A stretch of 64,000 bases of DNA from a virus, in the IMG/VR virus record IMGVR_UViG_3300037069_000769, positions 38,322-102,321 of that record; one strand, given 5' to 3'. The notes under the pieces were generated by a model, which saw nothing but the letters and a program-made list of their open reading frames with translations, ran no database searches and was not told where the DNA came from. This document shows, piece by piece, positions 1 to 10,023 of this stretch (position 1 is the stretch's first letter; every line of letters begins with the position of its first letter). Made by a program: the position numbers and the translations under genes.

Positions 1-2
1 TT

Positions 3-431
3 GAGAGGTACAACGTCGAGAAGTGTGTTATCGACTCTGGGCCTGAGACGGCTTTGGTTCAGGACTTTCAAGATAACGCTACCTGCGATGTGTGGGCCTG
101 TCGGTACGGCAGTGAGGGCTCCGATAAACGTCGTCGGTATGATACCTCTGACAAGGTGATTAGCATTGACAGAACTGAGGCGTTGGATCGCTCGTTCAGT
201 CAAATCAGGCAGAAGAAGAACATTCTGCCCGTGAATTTCACTGAGATTTTGGACGGGCAGTACGTGTCCGAGATGTGTGATCCTGTTCGCTCGATGGTCG
301 AGGATGATCGGGGAAATAGTAAGTTCGAGTGGACTAAGTGTAAAGATCACCAGCGACATTGTGACACCTATGACATGCTGGCGGCTCAGTTGATTATGGA
401 AGCAACGTTAGACGACATTTCCATTGGTTGA
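3..431 (+). CDS. terminase large subunit, C-terminal nuclease portion (5'-truncated by window)
   Basis: Frame open from window start (ERYNVEKCVIDSGPET...IDRTEALD...DHQRHCDTYD); acidic nuclease-like motifs; directly upstream of portal. Confidence 0.7.
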   Translation, partial: ERYNVEKCVIDSGPETALVQDFQDNATCDVWACRYGSEGSDKRRRYDTSDKVISIDRTEALDRSFSQIRQKKNILPVNFTEILDGQYVSEMCDPVRSMVEDDRGNSKFEWTKCKDHQRHCDTYDMLAAQLIMEATLDDISIG

Positions 432-458
432 ATTTGCAAACGTTTGCACGAGGATTTC

Positions 459-2309
459 ATGGCGAACGAGAATACTGATCCCATCGTTCTTGAGGAGGGG
501 CACCCTCTCTCTAAGGCAATTCAAGAGGCTGCTCTTGAGGTTGGGGAAACGGATGAGACCGTCATCGAGGAGATTTTTATCACTGATAACGGTGAGGGCG
601 GCGATAAGCTCATGTCTGAGCTGGAGATCATCAAGTCCGTGCTGGCTTCTAGCATGTCGGGATTTGATAGCACTAAGATTCACAGGGAGGTGAATAATGC
701 CGCCATGTTCGACATGACGAAGACGGCAGACGTGTCTAAGTCTATTGTTGACGGCTCAACTCAGAGCGATTCCGAACTAGGTTGGAATGACCTGTCCATG
801 TATCAGGTTGTTGAGCCTCCGTATCCGCCCCAGTTGATGTCAGCATTTTTGGAGGTGGATTCGACCCACTTCCGATGTGTTCGTACTAAGGTGACGGATG
901 CAGTCGGTAAGGAGTACATGATTGAGCCTGTAACCCTGCCTGACGGCACGCCCTATAAGCCGTTTGAGGGGGAGATTACTAAGCAAGTTGAAGCTGAGAT
1001 CACGGAAGTTAAAAACTTCATTGACGATTGCAATGAGATTATTGGCTTCGACGGTGTGCTCGAACGGGTGGGCATGGACTATGAGGCTATCGGTTGGGGA
1101 GCGATCGAAGTTATTCGTGGTCGGGATATGAAGGTTAAAAAACTTGCCCATCTTCCGGCATCTCGTATCCGAGTGTTGCGAGGGTGGGGAGGCTTCGTCG
1201 AATCTTTGGTAAATGGCAAGTTTATTTACTATCAGAACTTTGGGGACAAGGTTGTATCCACGACAGAAACTGATCCGTTTACTGATAGACCTGTAGCATA
1301 TGATCCTAAACGTGACGGCACCTTGAATGGTAGTAGTGCCAAGTGGAGTTTGATCGATAGGCATTCCGGAAAGCCTACTGCCGATTTCAGCAATTCGGCT
1401 AACGAGGTTATTTGGATTCCTCGACACCACTGCTCGACCATCTATTACGGGTTGACCGACGTGTTGCCGGCTCTCGGTGATCTGCTGGCGAATGTGCATA
1501 TCCGGGATTACTTGCTACAGTTCTTTGAGCATAACACGATTCCACGGTATGCAATCATCATCAAGGGAGCTAAGATTGCTGACGGGGTGAAGAAGGAGAT
1601 TCTCAAATTCTTCAGCGATCATATCAAAGGCAAGGCCCATAAGACTCTGATTATTCCCATCCCTGCGGTACGCGGTGAGGTGGAGATTAAGTTCGAGAAG
1701 CTTGCTGCGGATGTGACTGAGGGCTCGTTTCAAGATACCCGAAAGAACAACTCTCAGGGCATCCTTACTGCTCACGGTGTTAGTCCCGCTATTATCGGCA
1801 TTAACGATGCGGCAAGTCTTGGCTCAGGTAAGGGTATGTCCCAAGCCGAAATCTACAAGGATCGCATCGTAACGCCGTCTCAGCGGCGATTTGCTCGACC
1901 TCTGAACCGATTATTCCGGATTGGACTCGGAATCAAGATTGTAGCTCTGAAGTTTAGCCCTCTCGACATTCGAGATTTGGAAGCTGAGATGCAGATTTAC
2001 ACCGGTTATCTTGATAAAGGTTGCATGACTATCAATGGGGTTATTAAGAAAGTCGGCCTTGGTGATCCCATTGAGGGCGGTGATCGAGCCTTTATTGTGT
2101 TGCCGCACATTGGGATACAGTTTGTCGATGAGATGACTACTCAGGTGAGTCAGCAAATGCAAGACTTGCAGGATCAAGTAGACTCTGCAAAGCAGGAGCT
2201 TCAGAACCGGGCACTCCAACAGAAGGCTCAGCAGGCAGCACAGAATGGTCAAAAACCTCAGCAATCCGCCAAGTCTTCTAAGTCTGCCAACAGTGGAGCT
2301 GGAAAATAG
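459..2309 (+). CDS. portal protein
   Basis: About 617 aa after terminase; DYEAIGWGAIEVIR, FFEHNTIPRYAIIIKG, ILTAHGVSPAIIG typical of HK97/PBSX-type portals; ATG at 459 with GAGG RBS. Confidence 0.9.
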   Translation: MANENTDPIVLEEGHPLSKAIQEAALEVGETDETVIEEIFITDNGEGGDKLMSELEIIKSVLASSMSGFDSTKIHREVNNAAMFDMTKTADVSKSIVDGSTQSDSELGWNDLSMYQVVEPPYPPQLMSAFLEVDSTHFRCVRTKVTDAVGKEYMIEPVTLPDGTPYKPFEGEITKQVEAEITEVKNFIDDCNEIIGFDGVLERVGMDYEAIGWGAIEVIRGRDMKVKKLAHLPASRIRVLRGWGGFVESLVNGKFIYYQNFGDKVVSTTETDPFTDRPVAYDPKRDGTLNGSSAKWSLIDRHSGKPTADFSNSANEVIWIPRHHCSTIYYGLTDVLPALGDLLANVHIRDYLLQFFEHNTIPRYAIIIKGAKIADGVKKEILKFFSDHIKGKAHKTLIIPIPAVRGEVEIKFEKLAADVTEGSFQDTRKNNSQGILTAHGVSPAIIGINDAASLGSGKGMSQAEIYKDRIVTPSQRRFARPLNRLFRIGLGIKIVALKFSPLDIRDLEAEMQIYTGYLDKGCMTINGVIKKVGLGDPIEGGDRAFIVLPHIGIQFVDEMTTQVSQQMQDLQDQVDSAKQELQNRALQQKAQQAAQNGQKPQQSAKSSKSANSGAGK

Positions 2310-3387
2310 CCTTAGGCACGCTCAACGCAAGATCATCATCGTAAAGGCCGCTACTTCCGGTATGCGGTTAATGCTGGAAGATGCGTTTCAGGATCAGCTT
2401 CAGAGATTCATTCGGGCATGGCACGTTCGGCTTAGTCGTCACCTTGAAAGTGTTGAGTACTTCAAACGTGCTGTGACCGATGCTCGAATCCTTAAAGCTA
2501 AGAGTACCTCAATAAGCGATCTTAGGCGTAGAGTTAATACCTCGTTCGCCTCTGATCTTGATCCGCTGCTGGAAGAGTTTCGACGCATTATTGTTACTGC
2601 TCCTATTGAGAAGTACTATGTGCGATGGGCACCTCTGGTGTTTAGCTTAGGGGCTGTGACAACTCTGAACACGTTTGGAGTACATGCTCGAAGTCCCGCT
2701 CTTGAGACTTTTCTTAGGGTGGGTGTTGTCTCCAAGGCGTCGGGGGGCGAAGATTTTACGTTTGAGTTGAGTGATGCTGCGATTATCCATGCCTTAGAGA
2801 GTCGTGGTATTATCGTAGGTGCGGGCTTAACTCACGACATTATCGAGGATGCTCGAAGCTTAATCCGAGACAAGGTGTACTTGGGAGGCTCGGATGTTGC
2901 TGACATTGCTGAGGAGCTGGCTTCTGCCCACGCTATAGCTGACTGGCGTGCTTTGTCTATCGCTAGAACTGAGACGCAGGCCGCGTTCAACCTTGCATCG
3001 TATCGGATGTTTGAGCGGTCAGGCGTACAGAAACAGTTCTGGGTCACAGTTGGAGATAACCGGGTAAGACCTCAGCACGTAGCTAATGAGGAAGCCGGAG
3101 CAGTTCAGATAGGTGTACCTTTTCCTAGCGGTCAGCTTCATCCGGGAGACGGGCCACTATCTGTTAATTGTAGATGCAGCCTTCTCCCTGACTTGAGTGA
3201 TCCGTCGATCTTGTTGAACCCTTGGGATGGGAAGTCTGGACCGTTCTTATCTACGGATGCTGGAGCAACCTTGCCGGCTGTTCGACGATTTAGTAAGAGA
3301 TTGTCAATTCCGCATGGTATCGCTCCGGGAGTGTCAGACGCCCGAGTTGACTTGGCAGATGAAGAGTTACTCTTTCCTGAAGAGTGA
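2245..3387 (+). CDS. head morphogenesis protein (SPP1 gp7 / Mu gpF-like)
   Basis: IARTETQAAFN, WVTVGDNRVRPQH and NCRC motifs; follows portal; start uncertain. Confidence 0.88.
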   Translation: MVKNLSNPPSLLSLPTVELENSLRHAQRKIIIVKAATSGMRLMLEDAFQDQLQRFIRAWHVRLSRHLESVEYFKRAVTDARILKAKSTSISDLRRRVNTSFASDLDPLLEEFRRIIVTAPIEKYYVRWAPLVFSLGAVTTLNTFGVHARSPALETFLRVGVVSKASGGEDFTFELSDAAIIHALESRGIIVGAGLTHDIIEDARSLIRDKVYLGGSDVADIAEELASAHAIADWRALSIARTETQAAFNLASYRMFERSGVQKQFWVTVGDNRVRPQHVANEEAGAVQIGVPFPSGQLHPGDGPLSVNCRCSLLPDLSDPSILLNPWDGKSGPFLSTDAGATLPAVRRFSKRLSIPHGIAPGVSDARVDLADEELLFPEE

Positions 3388-3409
3388 TACCTGTTAATAA
3401 GATACGAAT

Positions 3410-3471
3410 TGTCAGCCCCCTTAAAGATTTTTTAGGCGGGGGTTGACAGTTCCTTTTTTACAGTGTAGACT
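3410..3471 (+). promoter_or_regulatory. hairpin overlapping a sigma70-like promoter
   Basis: TGTCAGCCCCC...GGGGGTTGACA stem; TTGACA(3443)-17 nt-TAGACT(3466). Confidence 0.55.
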
Positions 3472-3536
3472 GGGTGAATTGCGGCAGTGGTGGTTGGTAC
3501 TTAGTTTCACATTCCTTTTGCAAACGTTTGCAAACT

Positions 3537-4109
3537 ATGAGTAACCTGCGGGCAGTTCTTAGTCAGCCTTCGTTTACAGCCTTATCCGATGCTGATGCTT
3601 TATCTGCGTTGGAGACACCTGTAATTAAGACTGATAACACTCCTTACACTTGGAGTGGGCTATCAACTCGATTGATTATGAACGGCATGTCGTCGAACAT
3701 GATTATCGGGCTCGATGCGTGGGTCACTTCTATTAATAACTACGGCGGTGCAATGCTCCGTAACTGGCTCAATTCGGGGGGCATTGATTTCACACTCGAT
3801 AGTGTTCGGGAGAATCTGAGCACTCTCCGGCCCAACCTTGACGATACTGGTAAGGCTTACATCGACGCTCTATTGACGGTGGGTCAGTGGGTGATTCCTT
3901 ACTGGCAGGATCAAGGGATTCTCACCAGTGACTTCGGTAACGGTCTTACTCCCCAACTAAGTGACGTGCAGACCGTTCGGGCAACCATCGCATCTGATGC
4001 ACTTAGAGCTAAATGCTCTGATGCCTATAACTCGCTTGTTGTGGCGATGAATGCCGGCACCGTGACGACATGGCAGCAGGTTCAGGCTTTGATCGCAGGC
4101 ATTAGGTAA
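3537..4109 (+). CDS. hypothetical protein
   Basis: ORF; ATG just after palindrome copy 3519. Confidence 0.65.
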   Translation: MSNLRAVLSQPSFTALSDADALSALETPVIKTDNTPYTWSGLSTRLIMNGMSSNMIIGLDAWVTSINNYGGAMLRNWLNSGGIDFTLDSVRENLSTLRPNLDDTGKAYIDALLTVGQWVIPYWQDQGILTSDFGNGLTPQLSDVQTVRATIASDALRAKCSDAYNSLVVAMNAGTVTTWQQVQALIAGIR

Positions 4110-4369
4110 GACGGCCACAGTTTCATCTAAGTTAGAGGCACGGAGCATGCTCATCTAAAACTGCATATCCCCCGCTGGATTCCCAGTGAATTCCACAGGT
4201 CTCACTCACGAAGAAGTGATGCGTTCGTGTGAGGAGTCGCGAGTCGCGAATGGTGCGAACTTCCAACCATCGTTGATCGGCGAATGCGTTCGCATCAACG
4301 GGAAGACGTTTCAGATTACCGACGTTCCCGACTATCACTCTTTAACCGTACAGCCGGTGACCTTCTGAA

Positions 4370-5782
4370 ATGGCCATAAACGCTACGGCAGTCTGGCGAG
4401 TACGAACCGGAGGCAATGATGCTAATGGAGCCGGATACGATGCGGGCATTTCAGGAGCCGGTGTTGACTACAGTCAGCAGGATTCGCCTGTCCTCACTTT
4501 GACGGACATTGCGTGCTCAAATACTACTACAGTTACTAGTGCCACCGGCGGATTTACGTCGGCAATGATCGGCAATGCGGTTCGGATCACGGGCGGTGGG
4601 GCGACCTCGGGATATTACTACATTACCGCTGTCGCGAGTTCGACAAGCATCACGGTGCACACGACACCAGGAGCAGTGACCAACGGCACGGGTAAGGTTG
4701 GCGGAGGGGCGGCGACACCCGCAAGGTTGCTCAACATTTCCAACGCAGCAGGTGATAAAGTCGTCCCCGGGAACATTGTGTATATCCGAGGCAGCGGGTC
4801 GTTCACACCATCAACGAACGACTATACGACTACGGGATTCACGCAACTGGCTGTCGGAGACCAGACCAGCGGCCAAATTCAGGTGATTGGTGAGAATGGG
4901 ATGCCTCGCTTGGGTTCCAATGGGCTCATGTGGTATCAGGCGACGGAAGTGTTATTCAAAAATCTCTATTTAGTCGCGTCTTCAAATTCAAACGGAAATC
5001 TTGGCATTTTGAATTTCAATGCGGGGGGGGCGGTCATTGGGTGCGTGGTGGACATGGCTGGGCAAGGTGGACTCAAGGGCATCCTTGGAATCTCAAATGG
5101 CGTTGTGTCTGGATGCGAAATCAAGGGCGGCGCGTCAGGGGCGTCTTCTGGCGCTGACGGGGTTTCGCCTGGGAGCTACGGGGCGACCGTTTTCGGGAAC
5201 TATATTCACGACGTTGGAGGTGTGGCGCTATCGCTATCTGGATTTATGCACCGTGCGCATCAAAACATTATTTCTGGCTCTTGGGGCGATTCAGTGTCAC
5301 TCTCTTTAGCCTCAGCGACGTACGGTTGCGAATTCTTCAATAACACCATCGACGCTGGACATGGGCACGGAATCAATTTCGCCTCCCAAGCGGCTGTTGC
5401 GACCTGGTCGGCCTACAACAACATCATCTCGAACCATGCCGGTGCGAGCAAATTCGGGATGATCGTCACGAGCGGGGTGACTGCAACCAGCGACCGGATG
5501 AAGAAACTCATCGACTACAACAACTTCTATGGCAACACCTCAAACTACAGTAACATCTCTGCTGGTCCGAATGATCTCGCTCTCGACCCTCAGTATGTGA
5601 ATCAGCCGGGTAGGGATTTCCGCCTGAGTGGCTCGAACATGAAGGCCAATGGGTATCCGGGATTGTTCTTGAATGCCGGGTCGAATCAGGCTTATGTGGA
5701 CCGTGGGGCATTGCAGTCGCAGGCGAGTGGCGGATCGGGCGGCATCCTCCACCAGCCTAATTTCAACGGAGGCTACGAATGA
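4370..5782 (+). CDS. right-handed beta-helix (pectate-lyase-like) protein, probable virion appendage
   Basis: 470 aa G/S/T/N-rich; repeated NxI/NNT turns (GNYIHDVGG, NNTIDAGHG, NNIISNH, YNNFYGN), C-terminal DPQY...DFRL...DRGA. Confidence 0.7.
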   Translation: MAINATAVWRVRTGGNDANGAGYDAGISGAGVDYSQQDSPVLTLTDIACSNTTTVTSATGGFTSAMIGNAVRITGGGATSGYYYITAVASSTSITVHTTPGAVTNGTGKVGGGAATPARLLNISNAAGDKVVPGNIVYIRGSGSFTPSTNDYTTTGFTQLAVGDQTSGQIQVIGENGMPRLGSNGLMWYQATEVLFKNLYLVASSNSNGNLGILNFNAGGAVIGCVVDMAGQGGLKGILGISNGVVSGCEIKGGASGASSGADGVSPGSYGATVFGNYIHDVGGVALSLSGFMHRAHQNIISGSWGDSVSLSLASATYGCEFFNNTIDAGHGHGINFASQAAVATWSAYNNIISNHAGASKFGMIVTSGVTATSDRMKKLIDYNNFYGNTSNYSNISAGPNDLALDPQYVNQPGRDFRLSGSNMKANGYPGLFLNAGSNQAYVDRGALQSQASGGSGGILHQPNFNGGYE

Positions 5783-6426
5783 GCCGTCGCAAAATTGTTG
5801 CGGGCACTGCCAGTAATCTTATACCTGTGTTCGTGAGGGATACTAGTAAGACTGACGGTTCTGGATTATCTGTAGCTTACAACGCCTCCGGCCTAACTGC
5901 TGAGTATCGTCGTAAGGGATCATCGTCTTGGACCTCAATCAGCGTTGTTACGAAAACCCTCGGAGTATTCACAAGTGGGGGTTGGTGTGCGGACGGCAGC
6001 TTAACCGGAGCCCATGAGTTTGCTCCCCCTGACGCTGCTTTTGCTGCTGGGGCAACTTCGGTAGCTCTCAGAGTGTACGGTGTAACTAATATGTTACCCG
6101 TGCTTCTTGAGTTTGAGTTGATGACTTTTAACGATCAGGCTGCTGGAGGTAAAGTACCTGTAGCGGCTAAGGGATTGGCGATAAGTAACTTCGGCTTCAT
6201 TATGCGAAGTTCAACGTCTAAGGCCCCGACTCCCGGTTTGACTGTGACGGCTCAGAGAAGTTTGGACGGTGCAGCGTTTGGGGCCTGTGATAACTCTCCC
6301 TCGGGTATCGGTAGCGGGGCATACAGTATCAATCTAAGCACCGCTGACACCAACGCTAACGTAGCGATGTATATGTTTACGGCTACTGGAGCTGATCCGA
6401 CCTTTGTTGAGATGCTTTTTCAATGA
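5779..6426 (+). CDS. hypothetical, probable structural beta-rich protein
   Basis: 215 aa, ATGA coupling with upstream gene, beta-strand-like composition. Confidence 0.6.
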   Translation: MSRRKIVAGTASNLIPVFVRDTSKTDGSGLSVAYNASGLTAEYRRKGSSSWTSISVVTKTLGVFTSGGWCADGSLTGAHEFAPPDAAFAAGATSVALRVYGVTNMLPVLLEFELMTFNDQAAGGKVPVAAKGLAISNFGFIMRSSTSKAPTPGLTVTAQRSLDGAAFGACDNSPSGIGSGAYSINLSTADTNANVAMYMFTATGADPTFVEMLFQ

Positions 6427-7175
6427 TGATCTTTTGCGGTAACGCGATTGTCGAGGAAAGGTACTTTGAAGGGGATTGGGGCACTGAACTGCGGGGTTTT
6501 TCAGACTCCTTAACTTTGCAAACGTTTGCAATTTTTTTGAGTTCTGTTACGCGGCAGGGTTTTGAAGCTATCAATTTACCGTCTGTCAGTAGTGCGTCAG
6601 GTTCAGTAGGGGTTGGGGTAGTTGGAAGTCTCAGTGCCTCAGCGACTGGCAACCTACAGAGTGGTGATGTGGTGGGAGTTGTAGCCGACCTTGAGTTAAG
6701 TGTCGCAAATTTGTATGCTACCTCAGGGGTTGTGAGTGCTGAGGTATCATTTGCTGCGAACTCGGTGTGCGAACTTCTTCTGACTGCGGTTAATCAACTT
6801 CACGAGGTTATTGAATCTGATGCCGTAGCTAGTGAGATAATGTCGGCTCAAAATGAGCTTGTGGGTAGTCTAACTGAGATCGTTCGGGCTGGCTTATTGG
6901 GGCAGTTGTCAAATTCAATCGCGGATCAGATGACCTTAGGGATTTCGGCCGAGATTGCGTTTTCTGCCGGCAAGCATTACATTGAGAGTTTTGCCCTAGC
7001 CGTGTTGTCCCAACTGGAGCTTGCTGGGGTCTCCGGACGAACGTTTAACGTATTGAGGGTGTTGGGCGAAGCTTTTAAGCAAGCTCTAATGTCCATCGAA
7101 TCTCTCACGCAAGGTGACATGATTGATGAGACGCTTCGAGATAGCGATCTAACTGACGAAACATTTCTTCCTTGA
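6423..7175 (+). CDS. hypothetical protein
   Basis: 250 aa, ATGA-coupled; contains palindrome copy 6517 (LQTFA). Confidence 0.6.
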   Translation: MMIFCGNAIVEERYFEGDWGTELRGFSDSLTLQTFAIFLSSVTRQGFEAINLPSVSSASGSVGVGVVGSLSASATGNLQSGDVVGVVADLELSVANLYATSGVVSAEVSFAANSVCELLLTAVNQLHEVIESDAVASEIMSAQNELVGSLTEIVRAGLLGQLSNSIADQMTLGISAEIAFSAGKHYIESFALAVLSQLELAGVSGRTFNVLRVLGEAFKQALMSIESLTQGDMIDETLRDSDLTDETFLP

Positions 7176-7186
7176 GGGTGGCACAT

Positions 7187-8044
7187 ATGAAGTGGCTGTT
7201 TCAACTGATCTCCGCTCTGTACCGTGCCTATACCCCCGGCAGCTTGTTCGGTCAGACTACCGTTTTGAACTTCAAGTCTGAGTGTAGAGATTCAGATGGG
7301 AAACTTCGCTGGACGGATGATGTAAACCTCCCAGTGGTGATTGCTGGCAATATCCTTCCGCTATTGGGGCTGTTTGTAGCGTTGTCGCTGCTAGTGCCAT
7401 ACGGCAGTTGGATCGCCTTGGGGTTAGTGACCACCGCGGGCCTCAATAAGTTGCTTGACGCAACCGTTAAGACTGGTTTGACTTCGCCCGCATGGTACGT
7501 TGGGCTTATTGGGGCTAAAGTTACTGACGGTGCGATGACGGCATCGTCGGCTACTTTGACTTCGGCAAGTAATCCGTTTGCATCCGGTGATGTTGGCTTG
7601 CATATCATTGTTCGTGGTGCGGGAGCGGCTGGAGCCGATCTTTACACTACGATCAGTGCTTATACTAATGCTGGCCAAGTTACTCTGGCGGCTACGGCTG
7701 GGACAACTGTAAGTGGGGCTGGGGTAGCCTTCGATCCCCGTCCTGCTGACACGATGGCCTCGCATTCGTTTGTAAGTGTTACTCCGTTCAGTAACTCTAC
7801 TCGACCTGCTTGGACTCCGGGCAGCATCTCTGCGGGGTCTGTGAGTAATTCGGGTTCTCCCGCAGTGTTCACCGTCAATGCTTCGTCATACGTGTTCGGG
7901 GCGTTTCTTGCTGACGATAGCGGTGTTAGCGGTACTACCGGAACTCTGTACGGAGGATCAATGTTTACTGGAGGTATCGCTCGGCAGGTGGCCAGTGGTG
8001 ATACTTTGACTGTAACTGGGACTCTTACAGTGACGGCAGCATGA
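7187..8044 (+). CDS. hypothetical virion protein
   Basis: T/S/G/A-rich; LVTTAGLNKLLD...WYVGLI...GDTLTVT resembles phage minor structural proteins; N-terminal hydrophobic stretch. Confidence 0.6.
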   Translation: MKWLFQLISALYRAYTPGSLFGQTTVLNFKSECRDSDGKLRWTDDVNLPVVIAGNILPLLGLFVALSLLVPYGSWIALGLVTTAGLNKLLDATVKTGLTSPAWYVGLIGAKVTDGAMTASSATLTSASNPFASGDVGLHIIVRGAGAAGADLYTTISAYTNAGQVTLAATAGTTVSGAGVAFDPRPADTMASHSFVSVTPFSNSTRPAWTPGSISAGSVSNSGSPAVFTVNASSYVFGAFLADDSGVSGTTGTLYGGSMFTGGIARQVASGDTLTVTGTLTVTAA

Positions 8045-8400
8045 CCACAACCTTTGAGGTAGATCAGGGAACATCTGCTAGATACTCTGCTACTCTGGTG
8101 GATGAGAATAGTGACCCCATTTCTGGGGCCGATCTCTTTTCATTAGTGTTGACGCTAACTGCTGCTGATGGGAGTTATATTAACTCTCGAAATAGTCAGA
8201 ATGTGTTAAACGCTAATGGAGTGACTGTGGATGATAGTGGGGTATTAGTGTGGGACTTGGCTCCCGCAGATAATCCTATTGTAAGCTCTATCGGGCTCGG
8301 TGGGGTTGAGGAGCACGACGCTCTATTTGAGTTTACGTGGTCGGGTGGGGCAAAAGCTGCCAAGCATCGAATTTCCCTGCTGGTAACTAAGTTGAAATAG
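8041..8400 (+). CDS. hypothetical Ig-like virion protein
   Basis: 119 aa beta-sandwich-like pattern; ATGA-coupled. Confidence 0.5.
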   Translation: MTTTFEVDQGTSARYSATLVDENSDPISGADLFSLVLTLTAADGSYINSRNSQNVLNANGVTVDDSGVLVWDLAPADNPIVSSIGLGGVEEHDALFEFTWSGGAKAAKHRISLLVTKLK

Positions 8401-8435
8401 TGCAAACGTTTGCAATTTCCTCACAGGTGTGTAGC

Positions 8436-9956
8436 ATGGCAAATGCTGACGGTAAAGAGCTTCTGATGCTTAGCTCCCCTGTGGGCTTTGTGCTGGAGGA
8501 GGTGGATGCGACTCAGACACCTTTAGCGATTAAAGGATTTGTGTCTGTGGAGAGTAAGGACCGCAGTGGGGACTTTGTTCCCGCTGATGGCTTCTCGATT
8601 CAGCAGTTTATGTCGGCTCCGACGATGCTGGTGAATCATGCTTACTGGAACGATGAATTCGGTAATAAGGTTGGAGTCGGAAGACCTCTTTCCTTGACCG
8701 TTGCTAAGCTTGCTTCCATTGCTGGAGACGATGCTAACTGGGCCATCCTCGACGCTGTTAGCGGAGAGCAGGTTAATACTTTTCCGAAAGCTAAGGTTCC
8801 CAATTTGACTGCTGGGGACCGTGGTTTGTTTGTAACCGCCGAGGTGACTAGATGGGATGTCGCTCAGATGGTTGCTCGGGGAGAGCTGGGAGCCTTCTCA
8901 TGGAGGGGATTGGCTCAAGTTGATTACGTTGTGGGAAAAAACAGTGAGATCATACGTCGTCTGACCGGCATTGATTTGTGGGAAGTTAGTCTTGTAAACG
9001 TTCCCAACAACCCCAACGCTACATTCACTGTCGGTAAGAGTGTTCAGGGAGTTCGTGTTGCCAAGTCCCGCTTTGAGGGGGCTGGAGTAGCTTCAGAGTA
9101 TCTAAAGTGTCATGGCGTTTGCCCATGTGACTTGCGTGAGGATAGCGATTTCTATTACGCATCTTTGAAGCCTGTGTCATCCTTTGCGGCCAAATCCTTG
9201 GTATTGACTAAGATGGCTGATGGGGTGGAGATGATTGCCGGAGAAACTGCTGCACCTCCTATGAGTACGATTGCGTGGGACGAACGTGCTTTAGGTGCTG
9301 AACTTGTTGCAAAACTCGCTTTATTTGAAAAGGAAGGGACGATGACTGAAGCTGCCAAAACGGCACCCGCTGCTGAGGGTACTGTTGTGAATCCTCCTGC
9401 TGCGACTGACGTCGCGAACGCTGCGGGCAAGAAGAAGTCTCAAAAGGACTGTGGGCCGAGTCAGACCTACGATCCCGATCAGGACGAGTGCGTTGCTTCC
9501 AAGACCGCTGAGTCTGCCGAAGCCGCGATGAAGAATTTGGGCGAGATGCTTGCCACTAAGACGGTTGAAGGACTCACTGCCGCTTTGACCCCGGTCTTCG
9601 CTGAGATGACCAAGTCCATGACGACCCTCTCTGAGGGTATGCAGAGTATTGCCACCAAGATGGCTGAGTCTCCGACGGCTGCACCCGCTGCCGCTCCTGT
9701 GACGACTCCGGCTGTCGAAACGGCTAAAAACGAAGTCGTATCGGACCCCGTTACCGTATCGAAGTCCGCCGAAGCCTTGCAGGCCATTTTGGCTCCGCTG
9801 GTCAAAGTGGTCGCGGATGTGCAGAAGGCTGTTGATACCGTGTCAAAGACGACTCCGGCCCCGATTGTTCGGGATGAGCGTATTGACACGTCGAAGACTG
9901 TTGCTGAGTCGCCGAATTCGGTGTTCGACAACATCTTTGCGTTCACCAAGAAGTAA
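8436..9956 (+). CDS. prohead protease (HK97-type) fused to scaffold-like C-terminus
   Basis: IKGFVS..SKDRSGD, MLVNH, GAFSWRG, LWEVSLVNVPNNPNA; A/T/P-rich C-terminal half; precedes MCP. Confidence 0.85.
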   Translation: MANADGKELLMLSSPVGFVLEEVDATQTPLAIKGFVSVESKDRSGDFVPADGFSIQQFMSAPTMLVNHAYWNDEFGNKVGVGRPLSLTVAKLASIAGDDANWAILDAVSGEQVNTFPKAKVPNLTAGDRGLFVTAEVTRWDVAQMVARGELGAFSWRGLAQVDYVVGKNSEIIRRLTGIDLWEVSLVNVPNNPNATFTVGKSVQGVRVAKSRFEGAGVASEYLKCHGVCPCDLREDSDFYYASLKPVSSFAAKSLVLTKMADGVEMIAGETAAPPMSTIAWDERALGAELVAKLALFEKEGTMTEAAKTAPAAEGTVVNPPAATDVANAAGKKKSQKDCGPSQTYDPDQDECVASKTAESAEAAMKNLGEMLATKTVEGLTAALTPVFAEMTKSMTTLSEGMQSIATKMAESPTAAPAAAPVTTPAVETAKNEVVSDPVTVSKSAEALQAILAPLVKVVADVQKAVDTVSKTTPAPIVRDERIDTSKTVAESPNSVFDNIFAFTKK

Positions 9957-10023
9957 GTTCCAATCTCAACTGCATTGTCGCTTTGCAAACGTTTGCAAGG
10001 GTCACTTTTTTCTGGGGTGTTGA

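Noticed and set aside
444-458. ORF-track starts running through the palindrome (444, 3474, 8400, 16741, 24868, 27356, 28661, 45750, 53040, 59403)
   Set aside because: Better ATG starts, mostly with an RBS, lie just downstream; the motif has no stop codon in any frame, so ORFs extend through it artificially
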